Under the pieces are notes generated by a model, which had not been told where the DNA came from, made no database searches, and saw nothing but the letters and a program-made list of their open reading frames with translations. Below, piece after piece: positions 1 through 9,567 of a stretch of DNA of 64,000 nucleotides (positions are counted from its first letter, which is position 1; each line of letters opens with the position of its first letter). The DNA comes from Eubacteriales bacterium (GTDB lineage Bacteria; Bacillota; Clostridia; Oscillospirales; CAG-272). The position numbers and the translations under genes are program-made. The stretch spans positions 747 through 64,746 of the forward strand of contig JAZLCA010000072.1 of assembly GCA_045613985.1 (NCBI GenBank), written 5' to 3'.

Positions 1-99
1 GGCGACCTCTCGGTTCGTATTACCGGTTACAGCGCCATTTTCGTCGATATGTCACCTACCGCGCAGGAAGAATTCATCCGCCGCGATGAGTTGGGATGA
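1..99 (+). CDS. 3' end of a CDS entering from the left edge (partial, product not recognisable)
   Basis: Frame 1 is open from nt 1 to TGA at 97-99 (..GDLSVRITGYSAIFVDMSPTAQEEFIRRDELG*). An AT-rich spacer and a hairpin terminator at 260-293 follow. Only 32 aa are visible. Confidence 0.35.
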   Translation, partial: GDLSVRITGYSAIFVDMSPTAQEEFIRRDELG

Positions 100-259
100 T
101 ATTCTTTTCCATATTGAATGAAAGTTTATTTGATCCATTTTGAAGTTAACGAAGATGTTAATATGAAATTATTAGAATTGGCAGAGAAAATACACATGCA
201 AAATGTAACCGGATCGTTAAATTTCAATTTGTCGGTGAGAATAGAACAATAAACAGACA

Positions 260-293
260 GCCACGGTTCAAATCGAACCGTGGCCTCTTTTTA
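260..293 (+). terminator. Rho-independent terminator
   Basis: 10-bp stem GCCACGGTTC (260-269) / GAACCGTGGC (275-284), 5-nt loop, then CTCTTTTTA. Confidence 0.7.
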
Positions 294-414
294 TCAATCG
301 CGACACTTGCTAATTGTGTTTAGAAAATAAAAGATTGGGGTTTGTAAACTTTCACAAATTTCCCTTTTGAAAATTGACGCATCTTACAAAATTATAAAAC
401 ATGAAAAAACGTTA

Positions 415-443
415 TTGCAAGACTGCATTCTGTACTGTATAAT
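415..443 (+). promoter_or_regulatory. sigma-A type promoter for the GH31 gene
   Basis: TTGCAA (415-420), 17-nt spacer, TATAAT (438-443); about 47 nt upstream of ATG 491. Confidence 0.6.
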
Positions 444-490
444 GGTGGCAAGATTTTAAGGTATGTCCACTCATACCGAAAGGAGCACGT

Positions 491-3400
491 ATGAAATTCT
501 CACGTTACTGGAAGCAAGCGCTTTGCCTTCTTTTGAGCTTGACATCTTGCTTTGCCTTTTGTGCTTGCAGACCTGACCAACCGCCGGTCGGCCCCGAGGA
601 CCCGGCAGGCCCCCAAGATCCTGTAGATCCCGGAACCCCTGATGAGCCTAACCCAGAAAATCCTGATCAACCCGGAGATAAGGAGGATCCCCCTTTGTAT
701 ACTACACCGATTTCCGAAGTCATCGTCACGTCGGGCAGTGACCGTCTGGCAGTAAATTTCTGCCGTGAAGATCTGGTCCACTTCCGCTATGCCCCCGACG
801 GCGAAGAATTTGTGCCCGAGGGTTCCGTCCCCGAGTCCATCGCCAAGTTTGACGGCGATTATGCAGAAGTTTGCGGTGAGATCGAAGAGACGAGCGACAA
901 AATCATCATTCGCACCGAGATCCTGACCGTTACCGTTGACAAGGCCACGCTCGGCGTTGCCATCAGCGACCTTGAAGGCAACGACATTTTCAAGAGTGCC
1001 GCTGACGCTTTCTCGGCCGATGGCCAGGGAAAAACGGCCAACTTCACTCGCGACGTAGCAACGACGGAGCATTTCTTTGGTCTGGGTAACGCCAAGGGTG
1101 ACTCCTTTACCACCACCGATCACCGCAACACCGTTTACGATCTGTGGATGCATGACGACAACGTCCATGCGATCGTTCCTTTGTGGTACAGCACCTCCGG
1201 CTACGGTATTTACGTCAATAACTCTAACCGCGGAAGCATTTCCTTCAAGAACAACTATTCGCTGTCCTTGGAAGGCGGAGAGATGAGTTTCTACTTCCTG
1301 TACGGCCCTGATTTCAAAACCATCCTGACCAACTGGTCCGAGTTGGCCGGCCGTATGGCAATGCCTCCTCTTTATGCACTGGGTCTTACCTATCGCGGCT
1401 TCAGCAGCTGGACCGAGGATCAGCTGCGCGATGCGATCACCGCTCAGTTTGAGGCCGGTATTTCGATCGACATCGCAGGCGTTGAGCCCGGTTGGCAGAC
1501 AAAGACCTATCCCTGCAGCTATGCCTGGAACACCAAGTTTACCACTGATCCTGCAGCCTTTGTCAAGAGCATGCATGATCTGGGCTTGCACGTCAATCTT
1601 TGGGAGCATCCTTACGTGTCTCCCGAGTCGGCCATTTACAGTGACATTCTGAAGTACTCCCTGCCCGGCAGTATCATCGGTACCCGTGACTGGGAGGGCC
1701 GCGGCGGCAACTACGCCTTTGGCGGCATCGTTCCTGACCTGACCATCCAAGAGGCTCGCGATCTTTACTGGAGCATCCACAACCAGAACCAGGTCTCCAT
1801 TGGCATTGACGGCTTCAAGATCGACGAGACCGACTCCTGGGGCGCCAACAACAGCCTCGACCTCCTCTTCCCCGGTGGACTTTCCAACAACGCTTACCAC
1901 AATCTGCTCGGTACGCTGACCGTCAACCTGATGCATGAAAAGTACCGCGATGAGTACAATCTGCGCTCCTTTATGTACAGCCGCGGCAACTATTCCGGTA
2001 TGCAGCGTTTTGCCACCTCGGCTTATACCGACTACTACGGCTTTGACCAGTTTGTCATGTCTGTCATCGCTCAATCTTACTCCGGTACCTACTACACCCC
2101 TGAGATCCGCGACACCAGCACCAAGAGCGACATCTCCTATATGCGTCGCGCACAGCTGATGTTCCTGACGCCCTTTGCCATGTCCAACGAGTATGCAACC
2201 GAGGCGACCGTTCTGATCCGCAGCCAGGCCGTCATCGATTGCTACAAGAAATACAATCAGCTGCACTACGAGCTGATCCCCTACATGTACAGCCTGTTCT
2301 GGCAGCAGCACAACACGGGCGTGGGTGTTACCCGCTCGCTGTTGATGGAATTCCAGGACGATCCCAACGTTTACAAGATCGACAGTCAGTTCATGCTGGG
2401 TGAGTCTCTTATGGTTTGCCCTGTGAGCAGCACCGGTCGCATCGCTACGGTGAAGATCTATCTCCCCGCAGGCGAACTTTGGATGGACTTCAACACCGGT
2501 TATATCTATAATGGCGGTCAGACCATTGAGTACACCTGCTCTGCCAGCACGCTTCCTTTGTTCGTCCGCATGGGCGCTATCATTCCCCAGGGCCACTACG
2601 GCAACAACACGGCAGACGTGACCGATACCACCTTGACGTTGGATATTTATCCTTCTTCTCAGAAGACAAGCTTCCTGCTGTACGAGGATGACGGCGCAAC
2701 CTTCAATTATGAGAAGGGCGAATACGCCGAGACGCTCATCACCACGCAGTACAAGGATAACACCATTCAGTGCACCGTCGGCGCGCGCAACGGCAAGTAT
2801 ACCGTCGATACCCGCGCTTGTGTCCTGGAGATCCACTACCGTGCTCTGCCCTCCGCTGTGACGCTGGACGGCACGGCCATCTCCGCCGTTACCTCTCTGG
2901 AGGCCTTCAACAAGGCAACCACTCCCTGCTACTATTACGATGCTACCGCTGAAAACGACATCGACAAGATCATCTACGTCCGCCTGACCGATGACGGTAA
3001 GGAGCACAACGTACTTGTCACCGTCGGTGCACAAAGCGAACAGCAGCCTCCCGAAATCATAATCGAAGGCACGCTGTACGAGTGCGAGGCTCCCAACAAT
3101 ACTCTCATCGGTGCTAAGGCTTCCTTCAAGGAGGGCGCATCGGCCAAGTCCATCGTTTCTTCCTTGGGTAACAACGGTAAGAACTCCCTGACCATGAACA
3201 ATATCACGGTCGCCAAGAGTGGCACCTACGACGTTGAGATCGTATTCTACAATGGTCAAGAAGACACCCGTATGCTGTATATCAGCGCCAACGGCGGCGA
3301 GGCTATTCCCGTTTACTGCTTCGGCAATAAGAACTGGAACGAGCCCCTGTCCCTCACCATTCCCATGCAGCTGAACGAGGGTAACAACTCCATTTCCTTC

Positions 3401-4279
3401 GGCACCATCGAAGGTAAGGGCTGGGCTCCCGATATGGACTGCATCATCGTATACGACGATGAAACCACCAAGGCTACCCTTGGAGGAACCATCTTCTATC
3501 CCGATGATGCCGAAGTAGGTGGCTCCTTGAAGATCCATGACATCAGCACCGCCCTCGGCGGCAGTGTCGTCAGCGGCTTTGGCGCATCGAATGACGACGT
3601 CATCACCTACAAGGTAACCGCCGAGCGCGAAGGTCCCTATCAGATCAACATCAACTACGCCAACCCCTCCATCCGCGACCAGTTCCTTGACCTGACCGTC
3701 AATGGCGCTGCAACGCAGATCGCCTTCCCCACGACCAACAGTACTCACCTCTTTGCAACCATTAACCTGACAATTTACCTCAAGGCAGGTGAAAACGTCA
3801 TTTCGCTGGGCTGCAAGGGCGGTCCTGCTATCTATGAGTGTGAGGGCGGTGACGAATACGTCAACTGCACCAACAAGCTCGCTCCGCGTGATAACTACGA
3901 ACAGTCGGGCGGATTCGCCGTTGGTAACCTGAAGTCGGGTAACTCCAAGTTTACCATGGGCGGCTTGACCGTGCCCGAAGACGGCACCTATAAGGTCCTG
4001 ATCTACACGGCATCGGGCGACAAACGCACCTTCCGTTTGATGGTCAACGGTGAGGAGACCGACGAGTTGTACGCATTCCAGACCGGCCACTTCCACAACT
4101 TCAAGCCCTACGAGATCGAGCTGGAGCTTAAGGCGGGCGAAAATACCCTGACGTTCTTCGGTTACGACAAGGCCGAGGGCAAGGGCGATACCGAATGGAT
4201 GCCCAACTTTGACTACGTCATCATTTCCGACACGACCAAGAACATCGAGGTCAGCATCGGAGCAATTTCCATCGAATAA
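491..4279 (+). CDS. Secreted lipoprotein glycoside hydrolase family 31 (alpha-glucosidase/alpha-xylosidase type) with three C-terminal CBM6/35-like modules
   Basis: 1262-aa ORF with AGGAG at 481-485. Signal peptide with lipobox LTSC, then a Pro/Asp-rich linker. GH31 core with nucleophile-region motif GIDGFKIDETD. Three ~130-aa C-terminal modules each carry G(T/P)Y.V.I.Y... and L.L.AGEN.I(S/T)(F/L). Confidence 0.85.
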   Translation: MKFSRYWKQALCLLLSLTSCFAFCACRPDQPPVGPEDPAGPQDPVDPGTPDEPNPENPDQPGDKEDPPLYTTPISEVIVTSGSDRLAVNFCREDLVHFRYAPDGEEFVPEGSVPESIAKFDGDYAEVCGEIEETSDKIIIRTEILTVTVDKATLGVAISDLEGNDIFKSAADAFSADGQGKTANFTRDVATTEHFFGLGNAKGDSFTTTDHRNTVYDLWMHDDNVHAIVPLWYSTSGYGIYVNNSNRGSISFKNNYSLSLEGGEMSFYFLYGPDFKTILTNWSELAGRMAMPPLYALGLTYRGFSSWTEDQLRDAITAQFEAGISIDIAGVEPGWQTKTYPCSYAWNTKFTTDPAAFVKSMHDLGLHVNLWEHPYVSPESAIYSDILKYSLPGSIIGTRDWEGRGGNYAFGGIVPDLTIQEARDLYWSIHNQNQVSIGIDGFKIDETDSWGANNSLDLLFPGGLSNNAYHNLLGTLTVNLMHEKYRDEYNLRSFMYSRGNYSGMQRFATSAYTDYYGFDQFVMSVIAQSYSGTYYTPEIRDTSTKSDISYMRRAQLMFLTPFAMSNEYATEATVLIRSQAVIDCYKKYNQLHYELIPYMYSLFWQQHNTGVGVTRSLLMEFQDDPNVYKIDSQFMLGESLMVCPVSSTGRIATVKIYLPAGELWMDFNTGYIYNGGQTIEYTCSASTLPLFVRMGAIIPQGHYGNNTADVTDTTLTLDIYPSSQKTSFLLYEDDGATFNYEKGEYAETLITTQYKDNTIQCTVGARNGKYTVDTRACVLEIHYRALPSAVTLDGTAISAVTSLEAFNKATTPCYYYDATAENDIDKIIYVRLTDDGKEHNVLVTVGAQSEQQPPEIIIEGTLYECEAPNNTLIGAKASFKEGASAKSIVSSLGNNGKNSLTMNNITVAKSGTYDVEIVFYNGQEDTRMLYISANGGEAIPVYCFGNKNWNEPLSLTIPMQLNEGNNSISFGTIEGKGWAPDMDCIIVYDDETTKATLGGTIFYPDDAEVGGSLKIHDISTALGGSVVSGFGASNDDVITYKVTAEREGPYQININYANPSIRDQFLDLTVNGAATQIAFPTTNSTHLFATINLTIYLKAGENVISLGCKGGPAIYECEGGDEYVNCTNKLAPRDNYEQSGGFAVGNLKSGNSKFTMGGLTVPEDGTYKVLIYTASGDKRTFRLMVNGEETDELYAFQTGHFHNFKPYEIELELKAGENTLTFFGYDKAEGKGDTEWMPNFDYVIISDTTKNIEVSIGAISIE

Positions 4280-4286
4280 TGAAACC

Positions 4287-4325
4287 AAAAATGACCGTTG
4301 CCCTCGGGCAACGGTCATTTTTTTA
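4287..4325. terminator. Bidirectional Rho-independent terminator between convergent genes
   Basis: Stem ATGACCGTTGCC (4291-4302) / GGCAACGGTCAT (4307-4318), flanked by an A-run upstream and a T-run downstream. It overlaps the stop codon of the minus-strand gene. Confidence 0.8.
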
Positions 4326-6506
4326 TGTATGCGGAACGTTTGAGAAAATGTGCAACAGATACTGATATTTTTGGTCCATCTCCAGTCGGTATCGATACCG
4401 CCCGTCCGTCCAGACACGAATGAGCTTATCCGTGCCGTCCCAAGTGTATATGGTGTAGCAGAAGCGCCCGTTATAAACGCCCCGCTTGACAGACGCGCTG
4501 CTTGAAGTGTATTCCATCATATCGCCTCTCATAATGCTCTGCGTCAGCGTCGCTACCAGACGGCTATTCAAATAAAACTCCATTGTCACCGAAACGGTCG
4601 TGTGCCCTACCACCTCGACCTTACAGCCGCCAATCGAAGTATAATCCGGCACATAGATATCTTGCAAATGCTCCGGTAAGGGAAGGTCTTCGGGGAGCGG
4701 TTGTTCTTGCTCGTCGGGAACGACCGGTTTGACTTCGATCCCCATAAGCAAAAGCTCCTCCAAAGACAGCACATCACTTTCCAGCTCATAAGAATAGGTT
4801 TTATCCGTCCATATCAACATTATTTTTCCGGTATCGTACTGTAGCGCTACACCGTGATAGTCACCCACATAAATATCCTTGGCCGTACAGCCACCGTCGT
4901 AATCTCGGCCGCGGGCATTCATAACCAGTTGACGGAACAGTGCGATCTGCTTCCCATCTCTCATATACGAGTATTGTGCCATCATATCCGTGGTCTCTAT
5001 GGGGCGTTCTGTGATCGTTTTATCGTCAAGAGCGGGCTTTCTCAATTCCTCCAAGCGGACAGGCGGAGCGATGCTCAATGCCCACTCCAACAGTTCTTCT
5101 CTGGTCAGATGCTCGCTTTCCAAGCGATAGCGATAACTATCGTCATTCCATATCATGACTAATTTACCACTTTCGTATTTGCGAAAGATACCTTCCGCGT
5201 GATGGATGAGAATCGGCTGTTCGACATATCCTTTTCCCTTACTCGGTACACCGAGGGATAAGATCATTTGCGTGTAGGTGCAGATACATTCCCCGTCGCG
5301 ATAATAATCGATCTCCACTCTGCTACGGTTTTTTTCGAATACGCGCTCCTCGATATCGGACGAAAGTCCACGCGGTGAGAGAATTTGGGTGATACTTACA
5401 AAACGCTCGTCCACGCTTGTGGTCGTCTCACACCAGCGTATCATTTCCTTCAAGGTCATCTGACTGCTGATCATACGGTACTGATATTCATCATCCTCCC
5501 AGATCACCTGTATCAATCCCGAATAGATATATGCTACTCCCACTCGGCGGCCGATCACGACGTCTGCTACTCTTTGCGGACTGCCGTAACCACCCGAAAG
5601 TACGCCGCCATCATTTCTGTGCTCCGTGGTCTGAATGAATCGGCACACGTACTGACCTTCGCGATAGTAATCCGTCGAAATATAATCTGCGTTTTGCTTA
5701 ATGACCTGAGACGTGATCACCGGAGAATCAATGACGGGTCTGCGAATGTCGACCACGGGAGGGGGCATAATGTTATACGCAACTACCATATTCTGTGCCC
5801 AGGTAATCAGGTCATCCGCAAGAAAGGTGTCACTCTCCAGCTTGTAATGATATCTGCCGTCGTCCCATATAAGAATCAGATTTCCACCATTCTTTTCGTC
5901 ATACAGTTTTCCCCGATATTTTCCAACGTCTACCGCTGTAATATCGTAAAAGGTCTCATCCTTCGGTGCCAAAGACAGACGCCAGACGGCCTGCTGGTAT
6001 TTGCACACCTGCACCTGCACGTCGTCGTAGTAGCCGAGAACAAACGTCTCGTAATTCATATCGTCCAATCGCTCGCACTTGCGCTGATAGCCAACGATAT
6101 ACGGCTCGTACATTTCTTTGAGATAGGTGGGCGCCGAGGCGAGCATACCGTCCCCCGGCTTCTCTTCGATCTCGCCGAAGTGAATGGATATGTGATCGTC
6201 ATACCATGTGACAAGCGAGCTGATCAGCTCTCCTCGCACGGCGGTAATGGTGATCGCCAAGGTCAGGATCATCAAAGAAATCAAAGCGGCACAAACGATC
6301 GTCCGTCCGATCACACGCATCCCGCGAGCATGATCCCGCCCGCGCTTTCGTCGGCGGATCACACGATAGACCAACCGATCCAGGCGCACGCCCGTGCAGA
6401 CGTCTTCCGTATCGATCGCGTCGTAAGCGGCAGCCAATTCGCCACAGCTTTCGTAGACCGCTTGAGCAATATAAAGATCAACGCGCTTACTTGCTTCGCA
6501 GTTCAT
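4323..6506 (-). CDS. Membrane-anchored anti-sigma factor with five tandem DUF4367-like extracytoplasmic modules
   Basis: 727 aa. Its ATG overlaps the last 20 nt of the upstream sigma gene. Short cytoplasmic N-domain, one TM helix (aa ~66-90), then five ~115-aa modules each ending in (I/V)W.D..Y.Y.(L/M)E. Confidence 0.7.
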   Translation of the reverse strand: MNCEASKRVDLYIAQAVYESCGELAAAYDAIDTEDVCTGVRLDRLVYRVIRRRKRGRDHARGMRVIGRTIVCAALISLMILTLAITITAVRGELISSLVTWYDDHISIHFGEIEEKPGDGMLASAPTYLKEMYEPYIVGYQRKCERLDDMNYETFVLGYYDDVQVQVCKYQQAVWRLSLAPKDETFYDITAVDVGKYRGKLYDEKNGGNLILIWDDGRYHYKLESDTFLADDLITWAQNMVVAYNIMPPPVVDIRRPVIDSPVITSQVIKQNADYISTDYYREGQYVCRFIQTTEHRNDGGVLSGGYGSPQRVADVVIGRRVGVAYIYSGLIQVIWEDDEYQYRMISSQMTLKEMIRWCETTTSVDERFVSITQILSPRGLSSDIEERVFEKNRSRVEIDYYRDGECICTYTQMILSLGVPSKGKGYVEQPILIHHAEGIFRKYESGKLVMIWNDDSYRYRLESEHLTREELLEWALSIAPPVRLEELRKPALDDKTITERPIETTDMMAQYSYMRDGKQIALFRQLVMNARGRDYDGGCTAKDIYVGDYHGVALQYDTGKIMLIWTDKTYSYELESDVLSLEELLLMGIEVKPVVPDEQEQPLPEDLPLPEHLQDIYVPDYTSIGGCKVEVVGHTTVSVTMEFYLNSRLVATLTQSIMRGDMMEYTSSSASVKRGVYNGRFCYTIYTWDGTDKLIRVWTDGRYRYRLEMDQKYQYLLHIFSNVPHT
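4332..6134 (-). repeat. Five tandem protein-level repeats (DUF4367-like) inside the anti-sigma gene
   Basis: Signatures are LILIWDDGRYHYKLESD, IQVIWEDDEYQYRMISS, LVMIWNDDSYRYRLESE, IMLIWTDKTYSYELESD and LIRVWTDGRYRYRLEMD. They sit at aa ~214, 336, 453, 566 and 699 (spacing 113-133 aa). Confidence 0.75.
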
Positions 6507-7068
6507 ATAACTCCTCCTTCCATCGAGACAGCATCATACGTCGGGCTCGCGTCAGGCGCATCCGAACGTTGCCTTCGGAAATATGCAACATTCGCGAAAT
6601 CTGAGATGTGCTAAGCTGCATATAGTAGAAATAATACAATACGTCGCTGTAAATGTCATCCAGGGAGTTGACCATATCCATCAATCTTTGACGATTTTCC
6701 CGGCGGACAAACAATTCATCCACCCGCCCGTCATCATCGGCAATGTCCCAATGCTCCTCTGCTTCCGGGTAAACCTCCCGGTAGCGGCTTTTGGCAGTCT
6801 TTCGGTAATGATCGATGGCAATATTACGGCAGATACGAAACAGCATATTCTTTTGATGAATTTCGCTTGCCGCGCGAAAGGTATCCAGGTGATCGATCAG
6901 CGCGATCATCACATCCTGAACACAATCCTCCGCATCGTGATGATTTTTCACGATACCGTATGCAATCTTATACAGTTTTAGTTTGTTGTTCTCGTAGACT
7001 TGCGTAATGTAAGCACGGTCGCGCTCATCTTCGAGGCTATCTTCGATGGTCATCAGAAATAAAAGCAC
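6487..7068 (-). CDS. RNA polymerase sigma-70 family (ECF-type) sigma factor
   Basis: 193 aa. Region 2-like DAEDCVQDVMIALIDHL and region 4 HTH LSTSQISRMLHISEGNVRMRLTRAR. GTG start 5 nt after AAGGAG. Translationally coupled to the downstream anti-sigma gene. Confidence 0.85.
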   Translation of the reverse strand: MLLFLMTIEDSLEDERDRAYITQVYENNKLKLYKIAYGIVKNHHDAEDCVQDVMIALIDHLDTFRAASEIHQKNMLFRICRNIAIDHYRKTAKSRYREVYPEAEEHWDIADDDGRVDELFVRRENRQRLMDMVNSLDDIYSDVLYYFYYMQLSTSQISRMLHISEGNVRMRLTRARRMMLSRWKEELYELRSK

Positions 7069-7238
7069 AGTAACTCCTTTGATTTATCAGGGCGTATTGT
7101 CAAGCCAGCAGGGGCTTCACAGAGATATACGAACGACACGGGGAAAATGCAACAACTTTTTTATATTTTTTGTATCAAGCAAGGGGGACTGAAAACAGTC
7201 CCCCGCTCAAATTCATATCGTGATCAAATCATCTTCGA

Positions 7239-8687
7239 TCAGATTTCGTCCGACACATCGTCCAAAGTAACGATTTCATCCGCAACGTGGGCACATTCGG
7301 TCGGTGCTACCACAGCAGCCTTGCCACCGACAAAGCCGGCCAGCATGCTCATCAGGTCGATACCGGTGGTCTCTTTGACACCCTGAATGACCTGATCGGT
7401 GCTGTTCATAACGTCACGTACCAGCTTGGTCGAGTTACCGTCGCCGTACATAACGATCTTATCCGTCTTAGCCAAAGGCGTCGCGGCATTCTTGACAACC
7501 TCGGGCAGTGCGGTAAGATACATTTCGAGAACGGATGCCTCGCCCATCTTCTTTTGAGCCTCGGCCTTCTTTTCAATGGCCTCTGCCTCAGCCAAGCCCT
7601 TGGCTCGGATACCCTCTGCCTCCTGCTCCATGGCATAACGCAGCGCCTCTGCCTCAGCCTTTCTTGCCTCGGCCGCACGCATTGCCTCGTACTGACGGGC
7701 ATCTGCCTCTCTTTGACGGCGGATCAGATCTGCCTCGGCTTCCTTTTCGGTCTGATACTTCATAGCATCCGCCTGCTTTTTGATCTGGGCCTCCAGCTCA
7801 CGCTCCTTAATGGCGATTTCCTTTTCCTTCAGCTCTGCCTCTTTCTCACGACGAGCGATATCAGCGTTGGTCTTAGCGATCTCAATAATCTTACGCTGGT
7901 TCTCTTCCTGAATGGAGTATGCGGCATCTGCATCGGCGCGCTTGGTATCCGAGCGAACCTTCATGTCCGCCTGCTGAACGGCAAGCTCTGCATCCTGCTC
8001 TGCGATCTTCTTCTCTGCCTCGACCTTAACGGCGTTAGCCTCCTGCTGCGCGTTAGCGGTTGCAATGGCAATATCCCTTTGAGCGTTAGCCTTGGCGATC
8101 TGAGCATTCTTGCGGATTTGCTCGACGTTGTCAATACCCATATTTTCAATAGTGCCGGCAGCATCCTTGAAGTTCTGGATGTTGAAGTTTACGACCTCGA
8201 TACCCAGCTTTTCCATATCGGGCACGACATTTTCGGTGATCTTCTTGGCAACGCCCTGGCGGTCTTGTACCATTTCCTTCAAACCGACAGAACCGACGAT
8301 CTCACGCATATTACCTTCCAGCACCTGTGTTACCAATGCAACCAGCTCCTGGCGAGTCTTACCCAGCAGTGCCTCGGCGGCGCGCTTGAGCAGTTCGGGA
8401 TCGGACGAGACCTTAATATTGGCTACACCGTCGACCGATACGTTGATAAATTCGTTGGTGGGAACGGCCTCGCTCGTCTTGACGTCTACCTGCATAACGC
8501 TGAGCGACAGCTTGTCGACGCGTTCGAAGAAAGGCACGCGCCAACCGGCCTTACCGATCAAAATTCTCTTTTTGCCAAGACCGGAGATGATGAACGCGGT
8601 GTCGGGGGGCGCTTTGAGGTAGCCTGCGATAACGATCAGCAAGAAAAACGCAACTACACCCAATACGACAGCTAAAATAGGATCCAT
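7239..8687 (-). CDS. Flotillin-family SPFH protein (FloT-like)
   Basis: N-terminal TM helix (ILAVVLGVVAFFLLIVIAGYL), SPFH/band-7 domain, then a long Ala/Glu/Lys/Gln-rich coiled coil. Start set at ATG 8687 (AAGGAGG 6 nt upstream), not the longer ORF-track start at 8756. Confidence 0.85.
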   Translation of the reverse strand: MDPILAVVLGVVAFFLLIVIAGYLKAPPDTAFIISGLGKKRILIGKAGWRVPFFERVDKLSLSVMQVDVKTSEAVPTNEFINVSVDGVANIKVSSDPELLKRAAEALLGKTRQELVALVTQVLEGNMREIVGSVGLKEMVQDRQGVAKKITENVVPDMEKLGIEVVNFNIQNFKDAAGTIENMGIDNVEQIRKNAQIAKANAQRDIAIATANAQQEANAVKVEAEKKIAEQDAELAVQQADMKVRSDTKRADADAAYSIQEENQRKIIEIAKTNADIARREKEAELKEKEIAIKERELEAQIKKQADAMKYQTEKEAEADLIRRQREADARQYEAMRAAEARKAEAEALRYAMEQEAEGIRAKGLAEAEAIEKKAEAQKKMGEASVLEMYLTALPEVVKNAATPLAKTDKIVMYGDGNSTKLVRDVMNSTDQVIQGVKETTGIDLMSMLAGFVGGKAAVVAPTECAHVADEIVTLDDVSDEI

Positions 8688-8770
8688 AATATTCCTCCTT
8701 GGATATGTATTTTTTCGTTGACGGAAAGCAAGCTGTCGCGGCCGCCTCCCTGTCACGATTATATTTTATC

Positions 8771-8796
8771 ATCACTTGACCGCTTTGTCAAGTGAT
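8771..8796. promoter_or_regulatory. Perfect 10-bp inverted repeat upstream of the flotillin gene (possible operator or RNA hairpin)
   Basis: ATCACTTGAC (8771-8780) - CGCTTT - GTCAAGTGAT (8787-8796). No T-run on either strand, so it is not a classical terminator. Confidence 0.3.
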
Positions 8797-8981
8797 TGGA
8801 CTGAAATTTCTGGAATTTGTAGGTTTGCATAATTTCAGACAACAAATTTGTGCAAGACGAACAAAGCTCAAGAACGGGAGAACGGGCGCGGCCACAAGTC
8901 CACCTTCGTCTTACAGGTATACGAATAAAAGAGCAAAAAAGCAACACATTTTCCGATATTTATTTAAAGAAAAGAATATAG

Positions 8982-9008
8982 AAAAAAGAGGGCATCCGCC
9001 CTCTTTTT
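8982..9008 (-). terminator. Rho-independent terminator after the 143-aa lipoprotein gene
   Basis: Stem GAGGGC (8988-8993) / GCCCTC (8998-9003), loop ATCC, flanked by A6 and T5 runs. Confidence 0.6.
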
Positions 9009-9030
9009 CATTTTAATTTTTCGCAAGCCG

Positions 9031-9462
9031 TTACCGAAACTCCAGCTCGATGACCTTTGGCACCTCGTCCAGATTGGTAACGATCACCACACAGCCGCTT
9101 TGCGCGACCTTCCACACGCTTCCCTCCCAGCGAGATGCGGCGTAAAGCTCAGCGTATGCGCTTGCCTGCTCCTCGGTGGCAAAGGTAAAAATCTGACAGT
9201 TCTTGGAAGGATCTCCCTTTTGGATCAGCGAGGTATAGTTCGTCAGTTCAACGGTAAAGTCTCCCCCCATCATCGCGATCTCCGAATTGGCCAGTGCCGA
9301 TCCGTCCGCAAGCTCACGGTCCGTGGTATAGACCGTACTAAGCGTCAAGCCTTCCTCGACAAGCTTGTCAACCGCCTTGTCCGCATCGAATTTGGCGGCA
9401 CAAGAGAGGGTAGAAATTGCGAGCAAAATAAAGACAATCGCAAGGGATCGTAGTTTTTTCAT
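9031..9462 (-). CDS. Small putative lipoprotein, function unknown
   Basis: 143 aa. Signal peptide MKKLRSLAIVFILLAISTLSC with lipobox TLSC. Flanked by its own terminator. No recognisable family motif. Confidence 0.6.
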   Translation of the reverse strand: MKKLRSLAIVFILLAISTLSCAAKFDADKAVDKLVEEGLTLSTVYTTDRELADGSALANSEIAMMGGDFTVELTNYTSLIQKGDPSKNCQIFTFATEEQASAYAELYAASRWEGSVWKVAQSGCVVIVTNLDEVPKVIELEFR

Positions 9463-9485
9463 CGGTTTATTTTCCTTTCAACATT

Positions 9486-9537
9486 GGAATATAAAGAGCA
9501 GCAGAGGCGCGAAGTATCGACCAAGGCTCTGCTGCTC
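9486..9537 (-). terminator. Hairpin terminator after the HprK-like gene
   Basis: 11-bp stem GAGCAGCAGAG (9496-9506) / CTCTGCTGCTC (9527-9537). On the minus strand it is followed by TTTATATT. The loop is large (20 nt). Confidence 0.5.
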
Positions 9538-9567
9538 CCGTAATGATGTATAGGTTAGAAATTCAAA

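Noticed and set aside
163-252. 29-aa ORF (MKLLELAEKIHMQNVTGSLNFNLSVRIEQ) in the AT-rich spacer, followed by the terminator at 260-293
   Set aside because: It has no convincing Shine-Dalgarno sequence and no recognisable peptide family. An ORF of this length is expected by chance in AT-rich DNA. It could only be supported by ribosome profiling or conservation.
500-4417. 1305-aa ORF antisense to the GH31 gene
   Set aside because: It is a shadow ORF. The protein is low-complexity (Gly/Val/Asp/Ala-rich) with no recognisable motif, whereas the sense strand has a clear GH31 core, signal peptide, RBS and terminator.
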